A stretch of DNA of 64,000 nucleotides, taken from positions 496,001 to 560,000 of the forward strand of contig JASANG010003092.1 of assembly GCA_030248215.1 (NCBI GenBank), read 5' to 3'. This DNA comes from Enoplolaimus lenunculus. Its lineage: Eukaryota. The stretch's first letter is position 1, and every line of letters starts with the position of its first letter. Below the pieces are notes generated by a model. The model saw nothing but the letters and a program-made list of their open reading frames with translations, searched no databases and had not been told where the DNA came from. The position numbers were made by a program, and so were the translations under genes. Positions 47,901-61,900 of this stretch are shown in pieces.

Positions 47901-50536
47901 TGCATCAAACAATTTGCCTGGCTGTCAACTCTCAAACTGTATCCACACCGCCGTAACAGAAGCCATTTCGTAGCGCTATCATTGGCCTTGTCCGTATCCT
48001 TGAGGGTATTATATAATAGTTTTTACGCTGAATTGTAATTAATTCTCAGTGGATTTGCCTCTGCTCGGCTTGTGTCTAGGAATAATTCACAGTTGTGTTC
48101 GAATAAAATAAACTCCTGTGTATGTTTGCTTACATTTAATATCAAAATCGGGTTCGTACCCGCCTGCAAACGTGGGCTCTGCCTAGAAAAAATGTTGACT
48201 CCCCTCTAGAAAATTTTTCGATGCCACTTGTTTGTCCGTGTAAAATCACTGTGTGACAGTTTTAGAATTTTTTACCCCCCAGAATGTTGAGCTGGATTAC
48301 ACGGGCCTGGCAGAGCACAAAATACAGGACAAATTGATAATTTTATTTTAATGTTAGCGCGTTTGAAAAATAATTTTAATAACAGGTGACAATTGCACGC
48401 CAGGGGCTTCTATGTAATAAGATTTTAACATAAGTAGTAGTATATCCTAAGCGGCTTTAAGCTGTACGCTTACTAGCATATCTTTTGAGACAATATTAAA
48501 ATCACAGTTCTATGTTTAAGTTTAGTAATTAATATGTAAATCCATTTAAAATAAATTTTTAGCCGAACGAGGCCCGTAAAACCAGCTGAACCTGACAGGA
48601 GTCCCTAGAGAGGGGGCTGAAATATTTTAAAACGCGCATGCAAGGATTTTAAATAACTAATACAAGCAAGGTTGAAACATTTCTCATGAGGCCAAATTGT
48701 TTTCAACGGGAGCATGAACCACTGTGGCTACACACTGACGACTGGCCCCAATGAATGGATTGTATATTTATGAGCATATGACAGGACGCGGCCGGCCATA
48801 TTTAATATTTAACAAAACCGCCATGTAAAACAAATTTTTAATCGTTGACTGTGTGTTGATATAGCGAAGAACCAGACTCAACTTTGGGGTTTTCAAGTAT
48901 CGTTCGATGTTGTTTTTCAGAAATCATTGCTCCGAATCTAAAAATTTATTCATTTTGAATGAATAAAAAATAAAATGTGACGAAGTTAAACTGAATACAA
49001 TTGTTGACGTCTGTAACTAAAATAGCTGTAGATATGTGAAACTTAATAGACGTGTGGTTAACGAGTTATTGTCAAATAACTGATTTGACGCGCTGCCAAC
49101 GATTTGGGACGATGCCAAATCAGTTATTTGACCATAACATGTTCGCCAAAAACGTCGTATTGCGGAAAATTTAACACCATTCGACTCTGCTGCGCAATTT
49201 GCGTCGAATGGTATTTAATTGGTTTAACTTTTCGACAAAATCATTTTGGATTTCAAGGGGCTCTTTGCAAATGCGGTTTTCGATCTGTTGATATTTAATT
49301 GGAATAAAAACTATCGGGAATGTTTGAGCATCCAAGCTTCGATGCGGATTTGGATTTAGTTAAATTAAAAATGTGTTTTAGCTTGACATGTAGCTGAAAA
49401 CTCATGTTGGCTTATACGATAAACACTATGCGTTATAGCACGCATGTAAACAGCTATGCCGGTGGTTTTGAAATAATTGATTTCCTATTTACATCTATGC
49501 CAGGAAATGGACAAGACACTGTTACCATTTTTCTGTACAATAACTGTTATATGTATACATTCACTTAACTGCTGCATTTTCCGTCTGACACGTAGGTCAA
49601 TCAAGAAAGTTGCACTAAAGCCTATAAGGGTGCCTTGTAGAATTCTCCCGGAAAATTCGGTTAGGAATATATTATTTTCTGATCGATCAACGTAGCCTGC
49701 ATTCTGGTTTGAAAAGAGCTACAGCAAATACAAACTTTTATAGTTTGTACCTAAATCAATTAATTTTTCTAAAGAACATTTCTAACCGAATGAACCATTT
49801 CAGACATTAGAGTCGACCACGACCCCTTGCTACCTCTAGCCACGCGCTTGGATCCTATTCCTCCTTTTCAATACACCCTTGAGGGCTCTGCTACCAAATT
49901 TAAGCTTGGGGGCACAATCGCTGGTTACAAAACCTTTTAAAGTCCACGTAGAGGGCAGACTTTATTGCTATTTTACTTTAGATAAAAGTCGATTAACGAA
50001 ATTGTTCCAATATATATAGAGCAAACTGGCCGTGGGAGAAACAATATTTTGTGGCCTATAAAACCAGGTGAGATGTGGGTACGACGGTGACATACCTGAA
50101 TATTAACAATACAGCAATGACCGTCGGTATATAACTTTGACACTTTGTGGTTTCGGTTTGGTATCAGGGTGCGTCACGCGGGCACTATAAAACCTGGTTT
50201 TACACGGACAAAATACGACCATTTTGTGATGCCACAAAAGTTTGGTTTGCCTTTTGGACTGAACAAAAGGAAACTGAAATAACTTTGTAAACACGGTTTT
50301 ACGTGGGAAAAATTGGTATATTTTGCTTAAATGGGTGTACTATTAATATAAATAACGGTTTAGAATCTAATGCGCGCAAAAGAATATGGTATAATAACAG
50401 AAAACTAATCTGTCTCTACATAGAATTAAAGCTAAAATGCCGAACATACTTGTTTATATTCTAAGGAAACTAAGTATGCATCTAAACAAAATACTGTGTA
50501 TAGTTACATAAAATTAACGCTAGAACACCGAACATA

Positions 50537-50990
50537 CTGTAGTGACCCGAATAAGAGGGGAGGACTGATATTTATTTGGCCTCTCCAGAGGGTACCTCCC
50601 CTTGTTATTCGGTTACGGACTGTTATTTATTTTTAACTTACGCTACGCCGTCCGTCGATACTGATATATATCCGGTATTACAATTATCCGTTGAATCAAA
50701 CGTTTATAACGTTTATTTGTATTAGGTCAATAGCTTGAGCGATAATACAAGGTTATACTTAGGAATGTACGTTCAAAATTTACGCACGCTTTAAAGTTTC
50801 GAACTCAAATTATTTGGTCCTCGAGCCATTTATGCGCTACAATTAGGGTTATTGACATGTATGGACTCTAATTAGGACTTAGGGACTCTATTCGCTTACG
50901 GATTCTTATTAGGGATACGGACTCCTATTGATTTGGACTCAAAATGGGGATCCCCCTCCTATTATCCCCCTCTTACTCGGGTCAAGACAG
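50537..50990 (+). mobile_element. TA-TSD MITE family A
   Basis: TA|ctgtagtgacccgaataagagggg ... cccctcttactcgggtcaagacag|TA. Confidence 0.9.
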
Positions 50991-51475
50991 TACGTATTTA
51001 ACTTGGGGGAAACCAAGTATGCGTCTAAACAAAATGCCGTGTATATGGCTTTAAAATTTTCAAGTGGAAAAATTAAGCAAAATGGCAAAAAAAACGAAAA
51101 TTCATTGAAAATAAATAGAAATAAATTAAAACAAAACATTCTTTCAGTTTCCGAACTGTATTTTAACCGTTTGAACCTAGTTTTGATCTAAAAAACTGTT
51201 TAGTTGCAAACAAATTTAATTTCAGACGATTTTCTGTTATATGAAGATTTATATATTAAGTAAAAAATGTCTAAATATAATTAAGAGATAATCTGAAAAA
51301 ATTTAATGCCAATAAAAGTAAATAAAAATATAAGCAAAAAACTATTGAGCATAGAATCTTGCGTTTATCGGGGACAGTTTGAACAGGTGACAACTTTTGG
51401 TACCATGGCCCCAGAGCTTAATTGTGGTATATTTCAGGAAACCATTTAATTTTAAAAAATTAAGGCAACCAAAAG

Positions 51476-51552
51476 TATATATATTATATATTACATATTT
51501 ATATATATACATATATACATATATATATACATATATATGTGTTTGTGTGTGT
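51476..51552. repeat. (TA)/(TACA) microsatellite
   Basis: Directly visible; similar tracts near 52908-52940 and 62474-62520. Confidence 0.85.
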
Positions 51553-52335
51553 AAACAAAAAACTATTGAATCGGTGAAAATCCTCGGTATTAATGTTTGA
51601 CACAACCGTCCTCCAGCTTAATTGTTGTATATTTAAGAAAACCCATTTGATTTGCTAACAATGATCGTTTGTATCTCAAATCAAATCAAACGCTGCGGGG
51701 TCGATTTTACGTCGAATTCAAAAGAAATTACCAATCGTTACATGTTTTATGCGAATGATCGATCTAAAGTGAGGGACAAGTTAGGCGTAGGCCTTTTCCA
51801 CAGTGGTAGAACCAAAATTTTGTATTAAAATTCATTACTAAAATAATTGCGTTTGGCTTGCGGCGTATTAACCCATCTGAAATTTCTTAATCGGCCGCTG
51901 TGTTACACTCCCATTGGGGGAATTTGCTTCAATTTAGCGAACAAATAAAGCACAACTTAGCTCGACGTAGGGTGCAGGCGCACAGCCAGTTTATCTACTA
52001 TGAGGGGGCAAAACAATTCCAGGATATTCGTCGGTTGAAATATCAAGCTTACGCGCGAGACTAACACTTTTAGAGGTAGGCTAAAATTTTTTCTGTCAGG
52101 GTTGAGCCACCGTGGCCAACCTAGTTACGTACGGGTCCGTTGGGGTGTCCCTTAAAAATACCTATCTGCATGAAACTGTAGGTGAATGACGGTTATAAGC
52201 ACCAAACGTGCACATTGATATTAGCACAGTACCGCTGTGGCACAGTTTGACGTTGAATTTCAATGATAATCGTGTGATACTCTTCAAGAAAATCAACGAC
52301 ATATATATGACACTGGTCTTACACAGGATAATCAC

Positions 52336-52745
52336 CAGGGTTCCATCGGAATTCCGATTCTGGATAAACTTGCGGCAAAATTTTACTTCAGATTCCGACT
52401 CCGGCTGACTGCTGTTATTCTGATTTTTCGGTTACGAGTTTTTAAGATGATTGAAGTTAGATTTTGCTTGTTTCGTTTTGTATCGTTCATTTGCAATTAT
52501 TCTGTTGGTTTTTTCTTCGTAAATATTCCGAGATGTTACGTGTATTCCGTTAGCTATATAACAATTTTTACTGAAACTGTGTACAGTAACGGAAACAGGC
52601 ATACTGCTACAAAAATTAAATGTCATACACCTTTAACTTTTTAATAGAATTACTAAAACTTGATTCCGATTCCGATTCCGGTTCCGACAGAAAAATTTGA
52701 TTCCGATTCCGCTTCAGAAAAAGTCTAGTTCCGGTTGGAACCCTG
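52336..52745 (+). mobile_element. hAT-type MITE (family B), copy 2 with perfect 8-bp TSD
   Basis: ATAATCAC|cagggttcca ... tggaaccctg|ATAATCAC. Confidence 0.92.
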
Positions 52746-53444
52746 ATAATCACCTTTATGTTACTTAACCAAAGCAGCGAATAGTCCTAGGGCCAAAGAT
52801 TGTGGCGTTCAGTTCAGTAAACTGTAAGTATCTGTTTGAAAATTTCAAAAACTGACGAGGAATTGTACTCCAGAGTAAAAGCGTTTTTAGCTTTTGAATT
52901 TATTCAAACATATATACATACATACATATATACGTATACGTAAGCAAAAAAAGAGTTTCCACAAAAACAAATCATAAGCTCAACAAAAAAAACTGTGAGG
53001 TTGCAACCAGGGATAAGCAAAGCTGATCTGGTTTACAGAGTTGCGCCAGATGCTAAATTTAACTTTTACGCCATGCCAGCTGTCAATCAAAAAAATTGAT
53101 TTCAAATACGAACAAAATTATTAGAGGAATTTTGTGCTGTAAATTACAACATAAAGTGTCAGTTAAAACTGTCAAAAGTAAAGTAGCGCATAAAGAGAAA
53201 AATTTGACAAGAAAATATTACAAGCCGACTTTATTGTTTATTTGTTATTCAGAACCAACGTGTTAACCGAACGCGGAACATAGTTACTAGCTCATTCAGA
53301 GCCGATACGCACAAGAATTACAGGGAAATTCAAAATTCGTACATTTATTAAATTTTCAAGACTAAAAAGTATTGGATTTTAGGCATTAGTCTTCAATGAG
53401 CTTAGGTTAGCTCAAACCTAGTTTTACATGTTGGACATTTCCTA

Positions 53445-54029
53445 CACACAAAATAAATTGTCTTGAAATTTCAAGAATCCTATTTTTTAAATTTTCAAGA
53501 CATGAACGTCTGCTATTTCAGACATTAATAGCTATAAACAGCTCAGAAATTCGTGTCTGAAATGGATAAGACGTAAATGTCTTATATTAAAAATTACTGT
53601 TGCCAATTGATAAGACGTAAATTTCTTCGTTTTAAGAAATAGTGGTCTTATATTCAAGACTAATTTTCAGATTTTTATGCATGTAAAATGTTCTTCCGTT
53701 TAAATTCTCATGAGTGTATATATAAATAAGCAAATTTCAAAGATATTTCGGATTGAGCTTAGGCTTTCTCCAGCTTAAGTTTATGTCTTAGACGTTGTCT
53801 TGTCTTTCAGACATTTGTGTTATGATTCAGAAATATTTAGCTTAATCTTTCATGAAACATATTCTTAAACTTCAGACTTTAAAGTCGCATAAATTTCGGG
53901 GTCATATTTAAAAAAAAAATTAAGAAATAAAAGTGTGGAATTCAAGGCATGTCTGGAGTCTGTATTAGGACATAATTCTTTTAAATTTCAGACAATATTT
54001 CTTGAATATAAGACAACTTATTTTGTGTG
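53445..54029. mobile_element. CAC-ended MITE with agac/gtct subterminal repeats
   Basis: TA|cacacaaaataaattgtctt ... aagacaacttattttgtgtg|TA. Confidence 0.8.
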
Positions 54030-55798
54030 TAGGGTGTAAAATGTTACAAATGTAATGTTCAGCTTGCTCCTAGGAGTCGCGCTACTCTTTATTTTGTGAA
54101 CTTATGTCTTGAAAATCAGCAAAACGATGTTTTATATTTGAGACATATTTTCGAGAATTTCAAGTACGTTAGTGGTCAAAATCTCATTTAAACCAGAAAT
54201 CAACGTCTTCAGGCCCGCCAATTAGGTCAGCATATTTGACGCAAGTAAAAATATGAGTAAGCACGCTTAGCCCCCACGTATCCATCCGGCCTCCGGGCCC
54301 TAAGTAAGCGCCCGAACGTATTCTGCCGCTTGCGTTATAGAAGGAAGACAGAAAGCACTGCGAAATGAATTTTAAATTTTAGTACCCAATGATAATTGGT
54401 TCTTTTTTAAAAAACTTTAAAATAGAAGTCTTCGACTTCGAACAATTGAATATTTAATTATATTATTCAAAAATACATTAAAAATTATAAAAAATTGATC
54501 CTGCGTGCATTAATGACGCCTAAGCGATGGTATCACGATTTTAACCAGCGACGAGCCAGGCTAAAATCAGAATCGGACAAAAAATTTTTGGCCCTAATTT
54601 TAAGCCACATTGAAAATTTTAAAATTTGAAAGCAAAGCGTCAAAAAATTCATGTCTGAAAATATTACTTTTGGCCACTGTTAATTTTGACTGGCATTTTG
54701 TCCCAGATAACATTGCGAAAAAACTGTGTAATAAAGTGACTCAAGAAAATTCGTGCAATCCGCAGCAAACGCGTCCGGTAAATCTAATTGACCATAAATA
54801 ACGGTTGCGAAACAGATATATAAAGGCGTATGTGTTTGAACTTGAATTCAAACGCTGATAATAGACAACCAATTATTTTAGCTGATCGCAAAAAGCCAAA
54901 CGAAATAAGTTTTTTTTCCGTTGTTCATACCACAAAATTGAAGCTTTGAAATCTGAAACCTGAACTAAAAACACACAATAGCGCTACGGATTCTCTCTAG
55001 AATAGGCTACAGGAGAGAGGCATACGGTTCGCAAATGCGCTGAACTTTGCCAGCTAACAGTAGATAGATGAATAAACATTTTTAGTGCCTGAAATCGAAA
55101 CGCTTGTTGTGCGAAAATCATGATATTTTTATAGGCGGCTGGCGTATCCCAACTGGGCACACAGGTCAATTTTTAGCTAAATCTCAGTTTATTTTAGAGA
55201 TTTATATATCGGTTTTGGGAGAATTTTACGAGCTTGAAATGCTGCCCCGGTATCGGGGTTTAAAACCGCATGGAAAGCGCAACAAAATGTAGGTTGGACA
55301 TATATATTAATGGCATGACACAGCGCGTTGTTTTAGGGCAGACGTATTATTTTTTGAAAAACGGTAATAAAAACAACAGACACCGTAGCCGAACTTGGCT
55401 TATCACAATATTGGCTTCGGCTAAGCGCTAATTTTAGTTTAATGACATGATGAAATTAAATCAGTTGATTGAGACCAAACCACATAGTTTAAACATTTTT
55501 GGATGTTATAAATAACGAAAAGCATCAGGAATTGTTTGTTACGTAGCAAGCAATAGACTACTCTTCACAAGGACCCAGAGACGACCCAAGCCATCCATGC
55601 GGGTAACTGTCGGTCGAGCAAGAGACGTAGACTGACCGTCAGGTGAAGATTTGAACACGTGTGTCAAAAATTATCAGTCATTAAGGGCGAAAAAGTTTAA
55701 AAGTTGATTTACAAAAGCCTGTTTTATGTGCAGGGTTACTTTCGTTTTTTAATTACTTGTCTCGCTTGACATTCTCTTTTATTAAACTTTCAAGATTA

Positions 55799-56232
55799 CT
55801 GTAGTGACCCTAATAAGAAGGGGGTAATAAGAGGAGGGGTCCCCATTTCGGGTTCCAATCCATAGGAGTCCGTATTCCTTGTAAGATTCCTTAAGCAGAT
55901 AAAGTCCCTATACACTAATTAGTGTCCATAAATGTCAATTTTTCCTAATTGTAGCGCATAAACGACTTCAGGACAAATTGAGTTCGAAACTTTAAAGCGT
56001 ACTTAAGTTTTGAAAGAACATTCTTAAGTATAACCTTGCATTATCGCTCAAGCTATTCACACAAGACAAATATATACGTTTATTTCAACGGAGAGTTGCA
56101 GTACCGGATCATTGACGAAGGGTGGCGGACCATGGGCTAAAAATAAATACCAGTCCGTAACCGAATAAGAGGTGGGTTCCCTCAGGAGAGGCCCAATAAA
56201 TATCAGCCACCCTCTTATTCGGGTCACTACAG
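55799..56232 (-). mobile_element. TA-TSD MITE family A (reverse orientation)
   Basis: TA|ctgtagtgaccctaataaga ... tcttattcgggtcactacag|TA; the interior is the reverse complement of the other copies. Confidence 0.9.
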
Positions 56233-56497
56233 TAATTTCACAGGAGCATTGTCGTTACAAGCTATCAAAGATGATTGTAAGAATTTAGGCGCAGGTAAAA
56301 TATGAAACCCGGCTAAAACTAAAGCTCGGTTGCGGTAGAGCATAATCGTTACCCGGATCCTACTTTGATAAGCCGTGGTCATGATCTATGTTGTTTACAC
56401 TAAAACAGTGCTGGGTAATTTGTTTCCTGTAGCAAATCGTAAATAAAATCAATCTGGTAGGGTATAATTAAGGTCTATGTTGTATATTTTGTCTCAC

Positions 56498-56549
56498 CTT
56501 GTGCTATCAAGGTCGTATGCAAACGAGAGCGGTATGAAGCATATATCCC
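56498..56549 (-). other. Candidate upstream exon of the Turtle-like gene (DICFIPLSFAYDLDST; possible signal-peptide end)
   Basis: tttcag acceptor and GTGAGA donor; in frame with Ig1 only if the aacag acceptor (exon start 45352) is used. Confidence 0.35.
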
Positions 56550-57589
56550 CTGAAACTTACTGACTCCATAAAAGCGCTGTTTACAGGATGTAGAATAATT
56601 TATGGAGTTCAAAACAAATTTATCGAATCGGGACGCTCGCTTTCAAAAACCTTTTGACTGGTAACCTTTTCCCGAAATCAAAAGTTGGCTGCGCTCCTGT
56701 GAGCTGCTTGTCGCGTTAACCACTTCCACGTCACAGGTTAACGTTGTGACAAACAACAAACGTTTGCATATTCTGACCAGTCTAAACCTTTAGCTGTTGT
56801 CCCGACGCAAAACCTTTGTGGCCACGTTCGCCCGCAAGGCCCAATCCGGAAACAACCCATTATGGCTCTTTGATTTTCAATATGGCCCTCAAACGGAACT
56901 TACAACCAGCTCAGCTGGGTAAAAGTGACAGACGCATAATCGGCTAAAAGGTTTTATGAACTGAAACCGCGAAGTCTAAGTGGATGGCTGGCGGGTTTTT
57001 GCCGGTCAAAAAAACGTGCTGGCCTTTTTTAATACTGAATAAATTTACTGTTTTCGCGCATTAGCTACGGTGTTGGCTTAAATTGACTATGAATCAACGT
57101 GGGTATGAAATATTTCACCAAAAACATACAGGCCTGGTTGGTCAAGGTTTGTGGTTTAAATAAATGAATTATATTAAAGTCTTGGTTTGTCTAAAAACTA
57201 ATTTATTTCTCATAATGAATGGAAACAATATATAATATATAGAAGAACAAGTAACAGTTCTGAGCGTCTGGCTCTGGCTTATATTAAAATGAAAAAAATT
57301 TGCTTCGCTGACAGCAACATATATAACGTGACTTAAAAGTTCATTTAATAATTGCTATTTCAAAATTTAATTTTAGTTTAGTTTTGCTTACTAACCTAAT
57401 TCTTTACGCTTTCGTCAACGCAGTCATATAGAGTCCGAAATTCGGTTTCGATTTTTAAATTTATTTCCGCCGCCAGCCGCCGCACATTGTTCCTGCAGCT
57501 ACTACAAACTATTCGCATCTTCCAACAAAATATGTTATGTTTAAAAACTACTCAGCCACTCTGTTGCCTACGACTCATATCTTGACAGG

Positions 57590-57912
57590 CAAATCTTTAC
57601 CGTTTACGAAAGCCTAAATCTTTACCAGTGCCTTTAACTAAGCATAAATCTTTTCCTATGCCTTTACCTAAGCCTAAATCTTTACCAGTGCCTTTACGTA
57701 AGCATAAATCTTTTCCTATGCCTTTACCTAATCCTAAATCTTTACCAGTGCCTTTCCCTAAACATAAATCTTTTCCTATGCCTTTACCTAATCCTAAACC
57801 TTTACCAGTGCTTTTAGCTAAACCTAAATCTTTACATGTTCATTTACCTAAGCTTAAACCTTCACCAGTGCCTTTACCTAATCTTATAAGCCTGAGCCTA
57901 AGCCTAAACCTA
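57590..57912. repeat. Hexamer-based higher-order tandem repeat (30/60-bp units) grading into GCCTAA
   Basis: cctttacctaagcctaaatctttaccagtg and cctttacgtaagcataaatcttttcctatg alternate. Confidence 0.85.
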
Positions 57913-58565
57913 GACGCAGCAAAAAATATGCAAAAGCGTTTCTGATATATGAAAAAAAACAATAAATTTCACAATAATTCTGAGACATTCTTTATGTCTT
58001 TATATCTTTGCGTGAGCAACACAACATCACAGTAGAGTACAAAAGCGATTTCAAAAGCGCTATCCGCTTGTTTCGTAGTTCGTCGACGTTTCAAGTTTAC
58101 ATAACTCAGATCCGCAATCAGGAATTGCTATCTGAAGGGCCAGGGAGATTTATAGAGAGGTTAAAAATTTGTTTCTTATATGCCGATTCGTTTATCGATA
58201 CAGGGTTGAAGATGGCCGCCAAAAAGTGGGGACGTTGTTTCCTTCGCCGCCCCCCCACCCACCTTGTAGTGATGGCAAGGACATCACCACAACGTGTGCT
58301 ATAATTGAGAGCGAGAGACGTCAACGAAAATTGTATATTTTGAATTTGTGAAAAAAAATTGAATTGTACAGAAAAACAACTATACACACATTTCCGGCCT
58401 CATCAACACTGTGGGTGCTATTTATTACCGCACAATCATGCGAACACATCATGATGAGAGTACACTTGACGGGCAATATTGTGTTCACCGACGTTTAAAA
58501 TGTGTTGTTTGTGAATGACTTTAAAATGAGTAAAATCACCGAAACGGTGCCTATGTTTTGTTTAT

Positions 58566-58911
58566 CGAATTGTTCGGTTCGGTATTTTAAGACAATTCGT
58601 AGCGCGATAACTCGTCGATTGTGCGTGTTGCCAACGCAGCATGCTAGCAGGGTCTCAAACCGTTTTAGGAAGGACATTCAGGGAGTTCATAAGTCGCATA
58701 GATGGGGCTGAAATTTCTCTACTGGGGCAAAAATTTCTAGTAACGCATCGAGATTGTACCTAGATTTTGTTCAAATCACGAATTATTCGGTTCGGTATTG
58801 TGCCAATTCGTAGCGCGACAACTCGTCGATTGTGAGCGTTGCTAATTCAGCATGCTCGAAGGGCCCAAGCTATCGCAGAAGGGACATTAAGGGAACTCAC
58901 AAGTCGTATAG
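58566..58911. repeat. Diverged direct duplication of ~135 bp (58566-58700 and 58779-58911)
   Basis: cgaatt.ttcggttcggtatt...caattcgtagcgcga.aactcgtcgattgtg...cagcatgct...ggacatt.aggga..tca.aagtcg.atag. Confidence 0.85.
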
Positions 58912-61900
58912 GGTATGACTGCATCGATTGTGTTCTAATATTGGGATATTGGCGTGCAAACTTTTGTTGAATCTCAGTTTTTAACGAAACCCGCAAAACA
59001 GTCTGCAAATAGCATGTTTTACTTTGAGTTATGGTCAATTAGTAGTAATTAGATGGTGCAAAATATTTGCAATTTAAGTTTGTTTCTACCTCCCGCAAAA
59101 TGTAGTTCCCAGTTGGAACTCTGCCGGATGGCGTTTGGTCCGCACGGACCTACTGTCCTAGCGGCATTTTGTCCACACCTTTTTTCCAGGCTCCCTTTTG
59201 TCCATGCGGCCTTTTGGACCGGACTGCCGCTCATATAGGCGGCCTCTTGTCAAGCGGTCACCTGTCCAACGGCCTTGTCGCCGGTAACCAGTGCAGTCAA
59301 AATGTGTGTTTTTAAACATAACCGAGCAATCAGGAATTACTAAACGAGAACCCAATATATTTATCGCCGAAGCAAAAAAAAATGTTTGTTAACATAAATT
59401 CCACTGTGCTGTTAAAAATAAATTTTGGAAAAACCAAAAAGTCCGCATTTGAACGAACCTTTTATTCCGCCAATAGTTAGTGACCAGCTGGCTATTTAGC
59501 CAAAGACTATAAAATACAAACTATCTGGTTACAAAACAAAATTGTGTCAAATTAGTAATTGGCCTGATTAACAGGTTGGCATTCGCCAAACACGAACCTT
59601 GGGTCAGACAGTCAGACCTGAAAATTTCGTATACGTAAAAACACTAAGTTAAAGCTCGCAACGCGGCACAATAAATTGCAGATTCAAAAACAAACATTTT
59701 TAAAAATCACTGCAAACCGTTCAGCAATCTGTAGCTTAAATCTAAACATTAAAAATTATATTTGAACACAGATTTTCAATGAGAACGCCAGACGCCGCAT
59801 AATTCGCGACCACCAGGGACTACGGCTTTTTGTGTCGGCGGAAAAAATTATTTATTATGATTATTATATATCGTTTATATATTTGTGTTTATATACTTTT
59901 AGCAAAATAGTCATGCAATTGTTTTTTCTGTCATTTTTGCACCAAATTTAGCATCCATCATTAGTCAAAATTTAATATTTATATGTACTTGTTAGCTAAA
60001 AGCGTTGATAACAAGCCGATATTATAAAACAGGGCAAAAACCGATAAGACGCGTTTCTTTAACTTGATTGAGCGTTAATCTCCTAGTCAAAGCTATAGCA
60101 GGAGCACCAGACAGAGGCATACCTCCGGTTGCACCCTTGTCCATGCATACGCTGCATCATGGGCACCTATTGAAACGCGTTCGCTGACGAAACGAGCCAA
60201 TAGAGTGACGCATGTTTTTTGTCACAGTAAATCAAGAAATTTGAGTGGTGAATCTACCGAAAATTTTCAAATTAATTTTTATTTGCGCCAACGCGGAGCA
60301 CATTGTAGTCCGGTCCCGCCTACCTCCAACGAGAAGCGAGATCTCGGACGCGATCAGCACGGCGCTGCTTATTATATGCAGTATGTATACGTTTCTGTTG
60401 AGGTCGAAACACAAAATGCAGAAACTAAGCAACAAAAACATGGTTTAAAGATAGTAATTTTCCAAATATTCCCAACCGACGTAAACCTAATAATTAAATT
60501 GTGCCGAATACAAAATGTTTTTAAAAAAACTATTATTTTTTCTCTTTTAAACAACACTCGAACCGCCAGTATTTTGATGCCGGTACAAGCATTTTAGAAC
60601 TTTTCGAGAATAAAATCTTGCTGGAGAATTCAGAAACCTGTCGGCAAAAACGAATACAAAGAAGGCGCCAGTAAAAATAGGTGTTCATTTCCGTTTAAGT
60701 TGTAGAAATACCAGAAATTGTGTTGTTTTTATGCTCAAAGTAAGTTATAAATAACTTATATAGCGCAGCTTTTCATTACAGATAGGTATGCTGCAATTGT
60801 TCGATATTTTAAATAAAAATTAGTATGCAATGTCTTAAAAGTTTCGGCCAAAGTTTCGGTGAATCCGTCATTTTTCTCTAAAATTAGAAGAAAGCCCGGT
60901 GAATATTTGCATGCCTCAATCTTATTGGCATGCAGAAAAGTAAAATATCTTTGAATGTTTTATACTCCAATATTACCGATTTTGTTAAACGTTATTTTGA
61001 TCACTATCCGTTTCCGTTATTTTTACTATCTTTTTCCACTCTGGCTCCAAGTAAAACGCTTTAGTTTAGATTTTTGAGAAACCCAATATTGTTCTATTCC
61101 GGTATTAACCACTAGCGCAGCCCAACAGAAGTTTTGAACGGAAAGATCGAAAATTCTTTTTTGCACATATTAAATTCGTGTCAACTTTGCTGTCCTGACA
61201 CCGAATACGCTTGAGTTAAATACACTTGTGCGGTTACCGCGTACCCCAACCACCCTTAGGAGGGCTAGAAACTTGGTGGTTCCGACAAAACCGCTTCAAA
61301 CTGCGAACTCAAAAATTTTCACCGTCAGTGCAGTTCACGTTAAACATTAGGTACGTTATTTGCGCTTGTTTGGGATTTTCACTCGCTTCGCCCTTAAGGT
61401 TTCTTCGGCAGACATTCATTTAGTCCTTGGGTATGTACCTCGCTTTGGAATAATCAGCTGCGACTCTGGCTCAGTCTCTAATACCGCAGGTGCAGCCCTG
61501 GTCAACTTGGCGTTTCAATCTTGATTCATAGTTTGATCTCAATTCGAAACAATATAATTTTCAAAAATATATTTCAAAACAGAAATTATATTAAATCGCT
61601 TATAAAATTGATTGTGTATTCAAGTTTGCACTGGCGGATTCAAGAAGCCCATCCAGGCCTAGGTCGTCAACTCCAACTGTCCCTTCTCAAGTTGCACGGA
61701 AAACGCTCAAAATCAAAAGAATATCGTTTTGCGCAATCACAAGTTTTATCTTTTGGCCTTCCAAGCTCAATAGTACTATACAAACTTCGCCCATATACCT
61801 TCGGCTACTGTTGTATTGAGCCAGTCAATTTTGTTCTTTTGCTCTCTCTCTCTCAAATCATCGTGAATAATTAATACTTTTTTGTGGTTTGCCAACTTCT

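Noticed and set aside
50096..50145. Hydrophobic YIPTVIAVLLIF plus CAG|GTATG donor as a signal-peptide exon
   Set aside because: In-frame stop just upstream with no ATG or credible acceptor.
57628..57945. 105-aa ORF with PKPKS repeats
   Set aside because: Translation of the hexamer-based tandem repeat; no coding evidence.
59108..59280. Short recurring ggc.ttttg.cc motifs resembling a CRISPR-like array (similar pattern at 30220-30360)
   Set aside because: Irregular short subterminal TE-type repeats in eukaryotic DNA; no constant repeat/spacer structure or cas genes.
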